Shown: positions 47,361 to 58,616 of the stretch, one piece after another
Layout: every line of letters begins with the position of its first letter
Numbering within the stretch: the first letter of the stretch is position 1
Origin: Bacillales bacterium
GTDB lineage: Bacteria > Bacillota_I > Bacilli_A > RF39 > UBA660
Direction of reading: 5' to 3'
Length of the DNA: 64,000 bases
Assembly: GCA_016282375.1 (NCBI GenBank)
Contig: JAEEKI010000012.1
Coordinates: forward strand, 6,254-70,253
Position numbers and translations under genes: made by a program
The notes under the pieces: model-generated
Told to the model about the DNA's origin: nothing
The model's database searches: none
The model's input: only the letters and a program-made list of their open reading frames with translations

Positions 47361-49160
47361 TTATAATAATCTATATGGATTATTATATGATCCGTCGCCA
47401 TCGATAACAACTGTATCAGCATTTAAATATAATGCTGGTCGTGTATTATATGAAGAATATGCATAACCAGAAGTTACAAAGCCACTAGAAGACACTTGCG
47501 TGATATACTCCGTACGACTAGAATAATTAGTTAAAGTCACACCATTTATTGCAGTTCCTTTAGAACTAGCAGTCGCATTCTTATAAGTAAGATAACTCAT
47601 AAGTCCACAATAAGTTCGATAGTTACCTGATGCATTCAAATTGGCTGAAAGGCAACTAGAACGCGGATATGTTGTTCCATCATTTGAACCACCGCCAGAA
47701 TAGCCATAATCACTTGGATACATAAGGCCCACTTTACCATACCAATATGTTGGTCTAATTAATGAATTAGTACCTTGTGTACATGCCGTGTTACTTGTAA
47801 TAGTCGCACATGTATAATTACTTTTCTCTCTTTGATATATTGTTTCAACCGTGTTTGCTATTGAAGATATACCACCTAAATTCCATTTTACCGTAGCAAC
47901 CATTCCTTGGGCCGAAAGACTAAATGGTTTAAAGCAATCGTTTACTGTGGAACCAGAACACTTTGTAAAAGCGGTTGTCGAATTAAAACCGTTTGTTAAA
48001 TTAGCACTAGCCGGTTTATACACTGTATATGTGCCTGTATTCCATAAACTCGCCGGATTACGATAAAAATTTACACCATTTGCATCTTGAACATACCCAT
48101 TTCGAATAACACTTATTTGAGGTACAGTGCCACTGACAGTATAACTAGATGTATAAAAAGTAGATGGATTAGTCATCAGCATCAACTGACTATCACTCCA
48201 TACATTAGAACCACTTGTATTACCAGAAGAACCAATATTTTTGGCTTTTCCATCAATAATATAAGTTGACCCATAAGTTGTACTTCTAATAATTTTAACC
48301 AGGTTCCCATTTGTTTCTGGTACTCCATCACCATTCGTATCATAATCTACTGGCATAACGCCAATTATTCGCCACATTTCACCGTTAAATTCAACAAAGT
48401 TTGGTGGATTAGCTCCCGCATATCGATAATCCGTTTTACTATCAGATGAATGAGTAACCGTAGTTAAAAGCCAATTATTTCCTTGAGCATCAGTCCCTGC
48501 ATTAGTACTAGCATTTGCCGTATTACTAATTATTTTATTAGCTAGTGTCGTTGTACCGGTTGGATAACAATGAGCATCATCAATGGCTATTTGTCCACGA
48601 TATGTCTTATCCGCATGATAATCTTGGTTAACATCTAAATTATAAAATTTTGTCCCGATATTCCAAGTTTGTGTTGTCGTCGTAGCATTGGCACTAATAG
48701 TATATCGTCCTAATACCATTGAATTTTCAATTGAATATGGAACATTTATTTCTCCTAAACTTAGTCCACTACCTGTCGACCCATAAACAACAAATTCATT
48801 TTGATCAGTAAAACTTTTTTCATAAGTATCAGAACCACTCAACCAATTCCAAATAATCGAATATGAGCAAGTAACATTTATGTCTGATTGCAAACGAACA
48901 ACTATATTTTTGGATTCATCGGCAGCTACACTATTTTCACCACCTATTAGCATATTTCCACCATTAATATTTAAGGTCATATTCGTATTTCCTGTAACCG
49001 TAAAATTAGCTACGGTTCCATTAGCAAAAGTTACATTGACATTTAAATTATTAACTATATTTTGATTCGCAGCTAAATAAGCATATGAAAAAGATAATAC
49101 AACAAGCATTATAACTATCATAACAATTGAAATATAAATCACTAACTTTTTATCTTTCAT
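47361..49160 (-). CDS. Paralog-family secreted protein (N+M modules), tandem copy 1
   Basis: 599 aa. MKDKKLVIYISIVMIVIMLVVLSFSYAYLAANQN, KFYNL...TYRGQIAIDDAHC, GEMWRIIGVMPVD, YWYGKVGLMYPSDYGYS, TRPALYLNAD, GDGSYNNPYRLL. Confidence 0.8.
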   Translation of the reverse strand: MKDKKLVIYISIVMIVIMLVVLSFSYAYLAANQNIVNNLNVNVTFANGTVANFTVTGNTNMTLNINGGNMLIGGENSVAADESKNIVVRLQSDINVTCSYSIIWNWLSGSDTYEKSFTDQNEFVVYGSTGSGLSLGEINVPYSIENSMVLGRYTISANATTTTQTWNIGTKFYNLDVNQDYHADKTYRGQIAIDDAHCYPTGTTTLANKIISNTANASTNAGTDAQGNNWLLTTVTHSSDSKTDYRYAGANPPNFVEFNGEMWRIIGVMPVDYDTNGDGVPETNGNLVKIIRSTTYGSTYIIDGKAKNIGSSGNTSGSNVWSDSQLMLMTNPSTFYTSSYTVSGTVPQISVIRNGYVQDANGVNFYRNPASLWNTGTYTVYKPASANLTNGFNSTTAFTKCSGSTVNDCFKPFSLSAQGMVATVKWNLGGISSIANTVETIYQREKSNYTCATITSNTACTQGTNSLIRPTYWYGKVGLMYPSDYGYSGGGSNDGTTYPRSSCLSANLNASGNYRTYCGLMSYLTYKNATASSKGTAINGVTLTNYSSRTEYITQVSSSGFVTSGYAYSSYNTRPALYLNADTVVIDGDGSYNNPYRLL

Positions 49161-49210
49161 ACAGTTAAATTATACAATAAAAAAAAAGAAGCGGCAATAT
49201 GCTTCTTTTC
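48300..49210 (-). repeat. Copy A of a ~0.9-kb direct duplication (5' part of the paralog gene plus promoter/hairpin)
   Basis: Near-identical to 50120-51038, with scattered, mostly synonymous differences. Identity decays 3' of about codon 290. Confidence 0.85.
49169..49206 (-). promoter_or_regulatory. Terminator hairpin with an embedded promoter; no SD before the ATG
   Basis: Minus strand AGAAGC-ATATTGCC-GCTTCT plus a T-run. TTGCCG (49192-49197), 17 nt, TATAAT (49169-49174), then only 8 nt (TTAACTGT) to ATG 49160. Confidence 0.45.
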
Positions 49211-49226
49211 AAATAATTTAATTATT

Positions 49227-50987
49227 TTACATTATTTTATATGGATTATTATAAGAACCATCACCATCAATATAAACGGTGTTAGGGTCCAAGTATAAAA
49301 CAGGACGATTAGTATACCCTCCACGAGCCGTACCATCGGTTAAATTACCATTGGAATGTGACATAGCAGCATAAAAAACATGGGATAATTTAGGTGTCAA
49401 GGTTATCGTACTATTAGCTGTTCCCTGTGAAGAATTAGTAGCATCATTGTATCGCAAAAAGGTTTTTTGTGCACAATAAGTAAGAGGATTTCCACTACTC
49501 CACGTACTCATGTTTGAACTCATACAAGATGATTTTGGATAAGTACTATCATTAGAACCATAAGCCGATAAGCCAATATCGCTTGGATACATAAGGGCAA
49601 CCTTTCCATACCAATATGCCGATCTGTTAGTCGTCGTATTAATAGTTCTTTCTAGTGCATAGAATGCCTCAGCAGATGTTGCGGATGTAGAATAACCACC
49701 TAAAAGCCATTTAACGGTTGCTACCATACCTTGAGCAGAAAGATCTAATGATCGAAAACACCCCGTTGCTGTACTACTCGAGCATCTAGTCATTGTCGTA
49801 GTTGATGTAAAACCTGAAGTTTTAGTTGCACTTGCTGGTTTATAAACCGTATATGTCGAACTAGTATTCCAGAAAGCAGATGGATTTCGATAATAAGAAA
49901 CACCATTACTATCATATACATAAGATCCACGAACATAACTCATCCATGGATGAGTTCCACTCGAAGTATATCCACTATTTAAAAACGCTAAAGGATTAAA
50001 TAGTACCATCATTTGGCTATCAGACCACTCATTAGAACCATACGTTGCATTAGTGGATGACCCTAGGCCAGTCAACTTATAGTCTCTTGGAACTGAAGTT
50101 CCTGCCGTGTTACGAATTATTTTAACTAAATTAGCATTTGTTTCTGGCACTCCATCACCATTCGTATCATAATCTACGGGCATAACACCAATTATTCGCC
50201 ACATCTCACCATTAAATTCAACAAAGTTTGGTGGATTAGCTCCCGCATATCGATAATCCGTTCTACTATCAGAAGTATGTGTCGTGGCAAATAAAGACCA
50301 ACTATTACCTTGAGCATCAGTCCCTGCATTAGTACTAGCATTTGCCGTATTACTAATTATTTTATTAGCTAGTGTCGTTGTACCGGTTGGATAACAATGA
50401 GCATCATCAATGGCTATTTGGCCACGATATGTCTTATCCGCATGATAATCTTGATTAACATCTAAATTATAAAATTTTGTCCCGATATTCCAAGTTTGTG
50501 TTGTCGTCGTAGCATTGGCACTGATTGTATATCGTCCTAATACCATCGAGTTTTCAATCGAATATGGAACATTTATTTCTCCTAAACTTAGGCCACTACC
50601 TGTCGACCCATAAACAACAAATTCATTTTGATCAGTAAAACTTTTTTCATAAGTATCAGAACCACTCAACCAATTCCAAATAATCGAATATGAACAAGTA
50701 ACATTTATGTCTGATTGCAAACGTACAACAATATTTTTGGATTCATCGGCAGCTACACTATTTTCACCACCTATTAGCATATTTCCACCATTAATATTTA
50801 AGGTCATATTCGTATTTCCTGTAACCGTAAAATTAGCTACGGTCCCATTAGCAAAAGTTACATTGACATTTAAATTATTAACGATATTTTGGTTCGCAGA
50901 TAAATAAGCATATGAAAAAGATAATACAACAAGCATTATAACTATCAAAACAATAGAAATATATATTACTATTTTTTTATCCTTCAT
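49227..50987 (-). CDS. Paralog-family secreted protein (N+M modules), tandem copy 2
   Basis: 586 aa. The first ~225 aa are almost identical to copy 1. The C-terminal half is homologous but diverged (AYWYGKVALMYPSDIGLS, NRPVLYLDPN, GDGSYNNPYKIM). Confidence 0.8.
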   Translation of the reverse strand: MKDKKIVIYISIVLIVIMLVVLSFSYAYLSANQNIVNNLNVNVTFANGTVANFTVTGNTNMTLNINGGNMLIGGENSVAADESKNIVVRLQSDINVTCSYSIIWNWLSGSDTYEKSFTDQNEFVVYGSTGSGLSLGEINVPYSIENSMVLGRYTISANATTTTQTWNIGTKFYNLDVNQDYHADKTYRGQIAIDDAHCYPTGTTTLANKIISNTANASTNAGTDAQGNSWSLFATTHTSDSRTDYRYAGANPPNFVEFNGEMWRIIGVMPVDYDTNGDGVPETNANLVKIIRNTAGTSVPRDYKLTGLGSSTNATYGSNEWSDSQMMVLFNPLAFLNSGYTSSGTHPWMSYVRGSYVYDSNGVSYYRNPSAFWNTSSTYTVYKPASATKTSGFTSTTTMTRCSSSTATGCFRSLDLSAQGMVATVKWLLGGYSTSATSAEAFYALERTINTTTNRSAYWYGKVALMYPSDIGLSAYGSNDSTYPKSSCMSSNMSTWSSGNPLTYCAQKTFLRYNDATNSSQGTANSTITLTPKLSHVFYAAMSHSNGNLTDGTARGGYTNRPVLYLDPNTVYIDGDGSYNNPYKIM

Positions 50988-51038
50988 ATAATTATATTAT
51001 ACAATAAAAAAAAAGAAGCAGCAATACGCTTCTTTTTT
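50120..51038 (-). repeat. Copy B of the ~0.9-kb direct duplication
   Basis: See copy A. It includes the same hairpin (AGAAGC...GCTTCT) and the TTGCTG-17-TATAAT element 8 nt from ATG 50987. Confidence 0.85.
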
Positions 51039-51136
51039 AGATATTACTCCTTAATATCGTTAGTTTAATATACTAGATTGATATCAAAGAAAATATGCTA
51101 TATAAGTAATACCTGGAATAGCACTACTTATATTAT

Positions 51137-51985
51137 TTATCCATCTATTTTTTTTAAACTAGTAGTTTTTTCCAATTCTTCACTCTCTTTTTGATAATTA
51201 AGACTCATCCCAATTACAAAGAAATATGCAATAAAATAATACCAAATCATCAAGATACAAATACTCGTGAGCCCACCATACAAAGCTGAATAATTCGCTA
51301 AATGATTAATAAAATAAGAATAAATTTGTGTTGTAAGAATCCATGATATAGTGGTAAATAACGCACCATAATTTGTGTTATGTGACTTTATATAACGATC
51401 TGGAGCTAAAACATAAATCAATTTGATTAATATAAAAAGGAAAATCCACATGACAGGTCCTTTTAAATATTCATATATGGTAATAACGAGATTCGTTATT
51501 TTCTGATTCATATTAACTGTTTCTATTAAATTAACAATTTGATCACCAAAAATAACAATAATCAAAAGAAAAACAATAATCAAAACAAAGATAAAAGCCA
51601 TAATAATAGACTTAATTCTTCTTTCTAACCAACTACTATTCTCAATACCATAGATTTGGTTAGAAGTGACAATTACTGAAGCGGTACCATTACTAGCCAC
51701 ATAGTAGCCCATAATCAGTACAAAAGTCATCTTAATTCCGGCATTTGAAGCAGAAGAAACCCCTAATAAGAGATCTGCTATCTCATGAGAAAAAGCTTTT
51801 TCAAAAAAACTATGTAATATATCGGTAGATAAATTTAAAACCGAAGCCCCATAAGTAATAAGCGTCATCGTAGGAATTGTAGCCATAACCAGAAAAAAAG
51901 CCAGTTGTCCTGGAAGTAACATCATATCTGGCCTTTTAATAACTTTGAAGATTCTATTAAAAAATTTTTTAATCCTTTTTCTCAT
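51137..51985 (-). CDS. YihY/BrkB-family polytopic membrane protein
   Basis: 282 aa. MLLPGQLAFFLVMATIPTM and six hydrophobic helices are typical of YihY family proteins. Confidence 0.75.
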   Translation of the reverse strand: MRKRIKKFFNRIFKVIKRPDMMLLPGQLAFFLVMATIPTMTLITYGASVLNLSTDILHSFFEKAFSHEIADLLLGVSSASNAGIKMTFVLIMGYYVASNGTASVIVTSNQIYGIENSSWLERRIKSIIMAFIFVLIIVFLLIIVIFGDQIVNLIETVNMNQKITNLVITIYEYLKGPVMWIFLFILIKLIYVLAPDRYIKSHNTNYGALFTTISWILTTQIYSYFINHLANYSALYGGLTSICILMIWYYFIAYFFVIGMSLNYQKESEELEKTTSLKKIDG

Positions 51986-53981
51986 TCTCCGCCTTTTTTT
52001 CTTTTAATATCTTGGTAGCTTCATTCAATGCATCCTCAATTGTTTTAATATCATCTAAAATCATCGAGTAACCATACTCTGCTCCATAATTGTATGGTAA
52101 TTTTCTAAATTCCTTGTTTAATTTATGAATATAATTTGTAATTTGTTTTTGAGAATAACCCACCATATATACAACGAACTCATTACCATCAGTTCTGATA
52201 ATATCTGAATTATCAAGTTGTGTCTTAATAAGGGCATTCGCTGCGGCTTTAATTTGTTTATCGCCTTCCTCATAACCTTTAGTATCATTAATAGCTTGTA
52301 AGTGATTTAAATCCACAACCAATACAGCCTGAGGATAAATATTATTATTTCCCCATTTACCAATATTTTCAGATAGATAACTTCGATTTTTTAATAAAGT
52401 TAACTGATCAATAAAACGAATTTTATCATCTTTCTTAATTTTCTTAGCTATAACAATCTTTTTAGTTTTTCTAATAAATAAGAAAATCATAACTGCTAGG
52501 ATACAAACTAGGATTATGAAATATTTTGCTATAAAGCCCAATACTTTTCCAGTTTGAACAGTTTTTTCGTGATTATATAATCCTTCGATTAATATTTGAT
52601 TTGGATCAGAAATATTTAAATATTCATTTAGCAATTTATACATGGCATTATCATTTTTGACATTAAAACCATAAATATAATTTAAATCGTTCTCGTAACG
52701 AGCTGAATAATTCTCCAACCCATGTGATCCGTAATAATCAAAAATATTTTTATCAACAACAATTATTTCATCTTTTTTATTAAGACGAAGTAATTCTTTA
52801 TTATTGTTATAATATTTAACTTCAATACCTGAAATATTATTTAAATAGTTAGCAAAAACAGAATTCTTATCCACATAAACAGTCTTGCCAATTAATGAAT
52901 TAATTGAATTAATTACAATACTATTTTTAACGTTAGCAATAACGACGTAAGAACTTTTTAATCCACCCTCAGTTGTTAAAAAATCATTAGTAATATTACT
53001 GTAGCCAAAATAAATATCAACTTTTCCTTTAGCAAGAGAACGTGAGAAATTATTAAAACTACGATATTTTTTAAAGTTAAATTCAACATCGGCAAAATCA
53101 ATAAAACCTTTTAAATAAACAGCTGCTACACCACCATAATTACCACCAGAAATGACTTCATATGGTGAATTATTAATGTAACCATATTCATAAGTCATAC
53201 TCCGCATAGCATCAAGTTCAGTCGAAGAAATATTTAAGGCATTTACCATAAGATTAAATAAACTAATGCTATAGTAATCATGAATATTGTCTTGCCAACT
53301 ATCAAAGTATTTATTTAAAATACTACTAAACTCCCCTTCACTAGTGGTCATCGTATAGTAAATATTAATATCACTAAAATGATAACAAACTTTATAGTCA
53401 TTTCTTATAATATCACTTAAATACAAATGAAGAGGTACAATAATATAGTCATTTTCCTCAATTGAGGCCAATAAATCAGATCTATTTTCATAAGTCTTAT
53501 AATTTAAGTTAGTTTCTTTTAAATAACTAGATATATAAGATAATTCATTCATTAAAATGCCAATATTCTTACCACTCAGATTATTTAATCCACTGATAAT
53601 AGTATATTTTTTACTAACTAAAACATAATGGTCTGTATAGACAACTTTATCATTGTTGTTAACGGTATTTTTAACTCCAAAGACAACATCCGAAGGAGTT
53701 GCACCATATTCAAAAGTTACTTCATTAATATTTAATGAGTACTTATTTTTAAAGTCATTAATAAAATCGTAAAAGACTCCACTACCATTATTACCAAAAA
53801 CATCAGCATTGTTAATAACATTAACATTAATTACTTGGCCAGAAATTCGGGTTTGATCTAACCAATTTTTTTCATTAATTGTAAGGCCACTAGAATTCTT
53901 TACAAAGTACATCACAATGCTCAAACCAATCAGAGCAAAAACGATAATAACCCCAATCAATGCATATTTTTTAGTTTTCAT
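51969..53981 (-). CDS. Membrane sensor: N-terminal anchor, large extracytoplasmic SBP-like region, TM, degenerate GGDEF domain
   Basis: C-terminus DQLTLLKNRSYL...VVDLNHLQAINDTKGYEEGDKQI...RTDGNEFVVYM is GGDEF-fold, with DGNEF in place of GG(D/E)EF. Confidence 0.7.
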   Translation of the reverse strand: MKTKKYALIGVIIVFALIGLSIVMYFVKNSSGLTINEKNWLDQTRISGQVINVNVINNADVFGNNGSGVFYDFINDFKNKYSLNINEVTFEYGATPSDVVFGVKNTVNNNDKVVYTDHYVLVSKKYTIISGLNNLSGKNIGILMNELSYISSYLKETNLNYKTYENRSDLLASIEENDYIIVPLHLYLSDIIRNDYKVCYHFSDINIYYTMTTSEGEFSSILNKYFDSWQDNIHDYYSISLFNLMVNALNISSTELDAMRSMTYEYGYINNSPYEVISGGNYGGVAAVYLKGFIDFADVEFNFKKYRSFNNFSRSLAKGKVDIYFGYSNITNDFLTTEGGLKSSYVVIANVKNSIVINSINSLIGKTVYVDKNSVFANYLNNISGIEVKYYNNNKELLRLNKKDEIIVVDKNIFDYYGSHGLENYSARYENDLNYIYGFNVKNDNAMYKLLNEYLNISDPNQILIEGLYNHEKTVQTGKVLGFIAKYFIILVCILAVMIFLFIRKTKKIVIAKKIKKDDKIRFIDQLTLLKNRSYLSENIGKWGNNNIYPQAVLVVDLNHLQAINDTKGYEEGDKQIKAAANALIKTQLDNSDIIRTDGNEFVVYMVGYSQKQITNYIHKLNKEFRKLPYNYGAEYGYSMILDDIKTIEDALNEATKILKEKKAENEKKD

Positions 53982-54447
53982 CAGTTTCTTCTTCCTCTAT
54001 TATTTCGGTATTATTATTCCATGATACATGATCAGTTATAGAATTCTTGGCTCCATAAACTAAGAATTCACTATTTTTAACAGCAAAATTAATATCATAG
54101 TAAGATAAGATATCTTCATCAAATAGTTCCAAAGAATTATAAGCAATACTTTTAGCATCTTCTAAAGAAACTTCATCTTCAAATTTGATATGAACATAAA
54201 TAACGCGTCCCTTAGTATTAATCTTAACTTTAGCAACGCCATCATTTTCATATACAGCATCCTCATATTCATTCTTAAACTTTTCTGTAATCGGATGCTT
54301 ATCGATATCATCAAGTCTAGAACCATAATTACTTACATTTTTAGAATAAAAAAAGGTTATAGCTACACATACAATAGCAATAAAACATATTAGCAAAATG
54401 GAAAGTAAAAGCATTAAAACTCTATTTTCCCGCCATAATTTTTTCAT
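53971..54447 (-). CDS. Hypothetical membrane-anchored protein
   Basis: 158 aa. N-terminal TM helix and acidic tail. Overlaps the start of the GGDEF-like gene. Confidence 0.5.
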   Translation of the reverse strand: MKKLWRENRVLMLLLSILLICFIAIVCVAITFFYSKNVSNYGSRLDDIDKHPITEKFKNEYEDAVYENDGVAKVKINTKGRVIYVHIKFEDEVSLEDAKSIAYNSLELFDEDILSYYDINFAVKNSEFLVYGAKNSITDHVSWNNNTEIIEEEETDEN

Positions 54448-54525
54448 AATTCACCTTCTAAGTAATAACATTATACTACACAATATTAATTTATTCAAAT
54501 GTTCATTACATTAATCACATTTATC

Positions 54526-54552
54526 AAAAAAAAAGAAAGGTTGACACCTTTC
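54526..54552 (-). terminator. Intrinsic terminator after 54565-55662
   Basis: Minus strand GAAAGG-TGTCAA-CCTTTC followed by TTTTTTTTT. Confidence 0.7.
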
Positions 54553-54564
54553 ATTTCTAAATTA

Positions 54565-55662
54565 TTATGGAATAAGACAATATGCTTTGTCAGAACTATT
54601 AACTTCACATACTTGTAAAGCATTATTACTATTTAGACAATAAACAATGCCTTGAGAATTAACGCCACAACCGATACCACTAATATAACAATAAACAGCG
54701 CTTGCCTCTGCAGTACAGTCACTAATACTTATAATAGCTCCAGAATCAACAAAAGCTTGATAAATTGCTTGTTTAGCACTTGCCTGTTGAGCGGCTGTAA
54801 AATTAGAACCAGGTGTGTGACCTGAAAGGCCGTATTGCGTATACGGTTGTGACAAACATGTTTCATGTCCTTGTAATGTTGTTGCACACGCGTAATATTG
54901 AAAATCTTGACCAATATATATACTACGACCGCTTGATGTACCTTCAGGCAATAAAGAATCCCCATACGCTGGGTAAGTGCACGGATTTGATGGTGTACAC
55001 GTAGAAGTATCAAACCAATATTCCTTAGCGCCTGAACATTGAACATTCTTTATTGATACTTTTCCGCTTGGGTGTTGACCAGCCGCATCATTTTGATTGA
55101 CATTTAAATTATAAAATCCAAATTGAAATTTCCAATCTATAACCGCAGATGGTGATGACGAAGTAGTTCTTATATATGTGGAATACAAAACAATCTCATT
55201 AGAACCAGCAATTGACATATTAATAATTTCATTAACAGTTCCGTTTTCATGTAAAGATTGACCAGCTCTTATAACTAGTTCTTTTAAATTACCTGCTACC
55301 GATGCAGCACTTGGTACATATGCCACCGTAGGTGTATAAACAATATCATAACTGCAATACAATCCATGAGGAAATTGGTTTACATCAGTATTCAATGCAA
55401 TAGTAATATTACTTACAGGTCCTAATACAACAGTACTATTATTAACAACATTATCCACAGATAAGTCACTTTCAGTTATATTTAAAGACAGATTAACACC
55501 TTCTGAGTAACTTAATGTAGCATTACCAAGGATAGTGACATTTGTATTGGTATTACCAGTCACAGTTGGTCTACTTCCATAAGCAAAAGTTACAGCAAAA
55601 ATAGCGGTTAAAACAGCCATAACAACGATACTTAAAATAATATATATTTGTTTCTTATCCAT
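54565..55662 (-). CDS. Paralog-family secreted protein (N+C modules, no M module)
   Basis: 365 aa. MDKKQIYIILSIVVMAVLTAIFAVTFAYGS. FGFYNLNVNQ...SGKVSIKNVQC. The C module CLSQPYTQYGLSGHTPGSNFTAAQQASAKQAIYQAFVDSG..ISISDC is nearly the same as in 11658-13889. Confidence 0.75.
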   Translation of the reverse strand: MDKKQIYIILSIVVMAVLTAIFAVTFAYGSRPTVTGNTNTNVTILGNATLSYSEGVNLSLNITESDLSVDNVVNNSTVVLGPVSNITIALNTDVNQFPHGLYCSYDIVYTPTVAYVPSAASVAGNLKELVIRAGQSLHENGTVNEIINMSIAGSNEIVLYSTYIRTTSSSPSAVIDWKFQFGFYNLNVNQNDAAGQHPSGKVSIKNVQCSGAKEYWFDTSTCTPSNPCTYPAYGDSLLPEGTSSGRSIYIGQDFQYYACATTLQGHETCLSQPYTQYGLSGHTPGSNFTAAQQASAKQAIYQAFVDSGAIISISDCTAEASAVYCYISGIGCGVNSQGIVYCLNSNNALQVCEVNSSDKAYCLIP

Positions 55663-55691
55663 GACATACCCTCTACTAAAATGATTATAAC

Positions 55692-55727
55692 AAAAAAGTG
55701 TATAAATAACAAATATATTTATACACT
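55692..55727 (-). terminator. Intrinsic terminator after ligA
   Basis: Minus strand GTGTATAAATA-TATTTG-TTATTTATACAC plus TTTTTT. Confidence 0.75.
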
Positions 55728-55732
55728 ATAGT

Positions 55733-58614
<2,882 letters not shown>

Positions 58615-58616
58615 TT

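Noticed and set aside
47361-50987. Diversity-generating retroelement or invertible/phase-variable cassette explaining the variable 3' halves
   Set aside because: There is no reverse transcriptase, template repeat, recombinase or inverted repeats in or near the locus. Divergence is spread over ~300 codons with indels and is not adenine-targeted.
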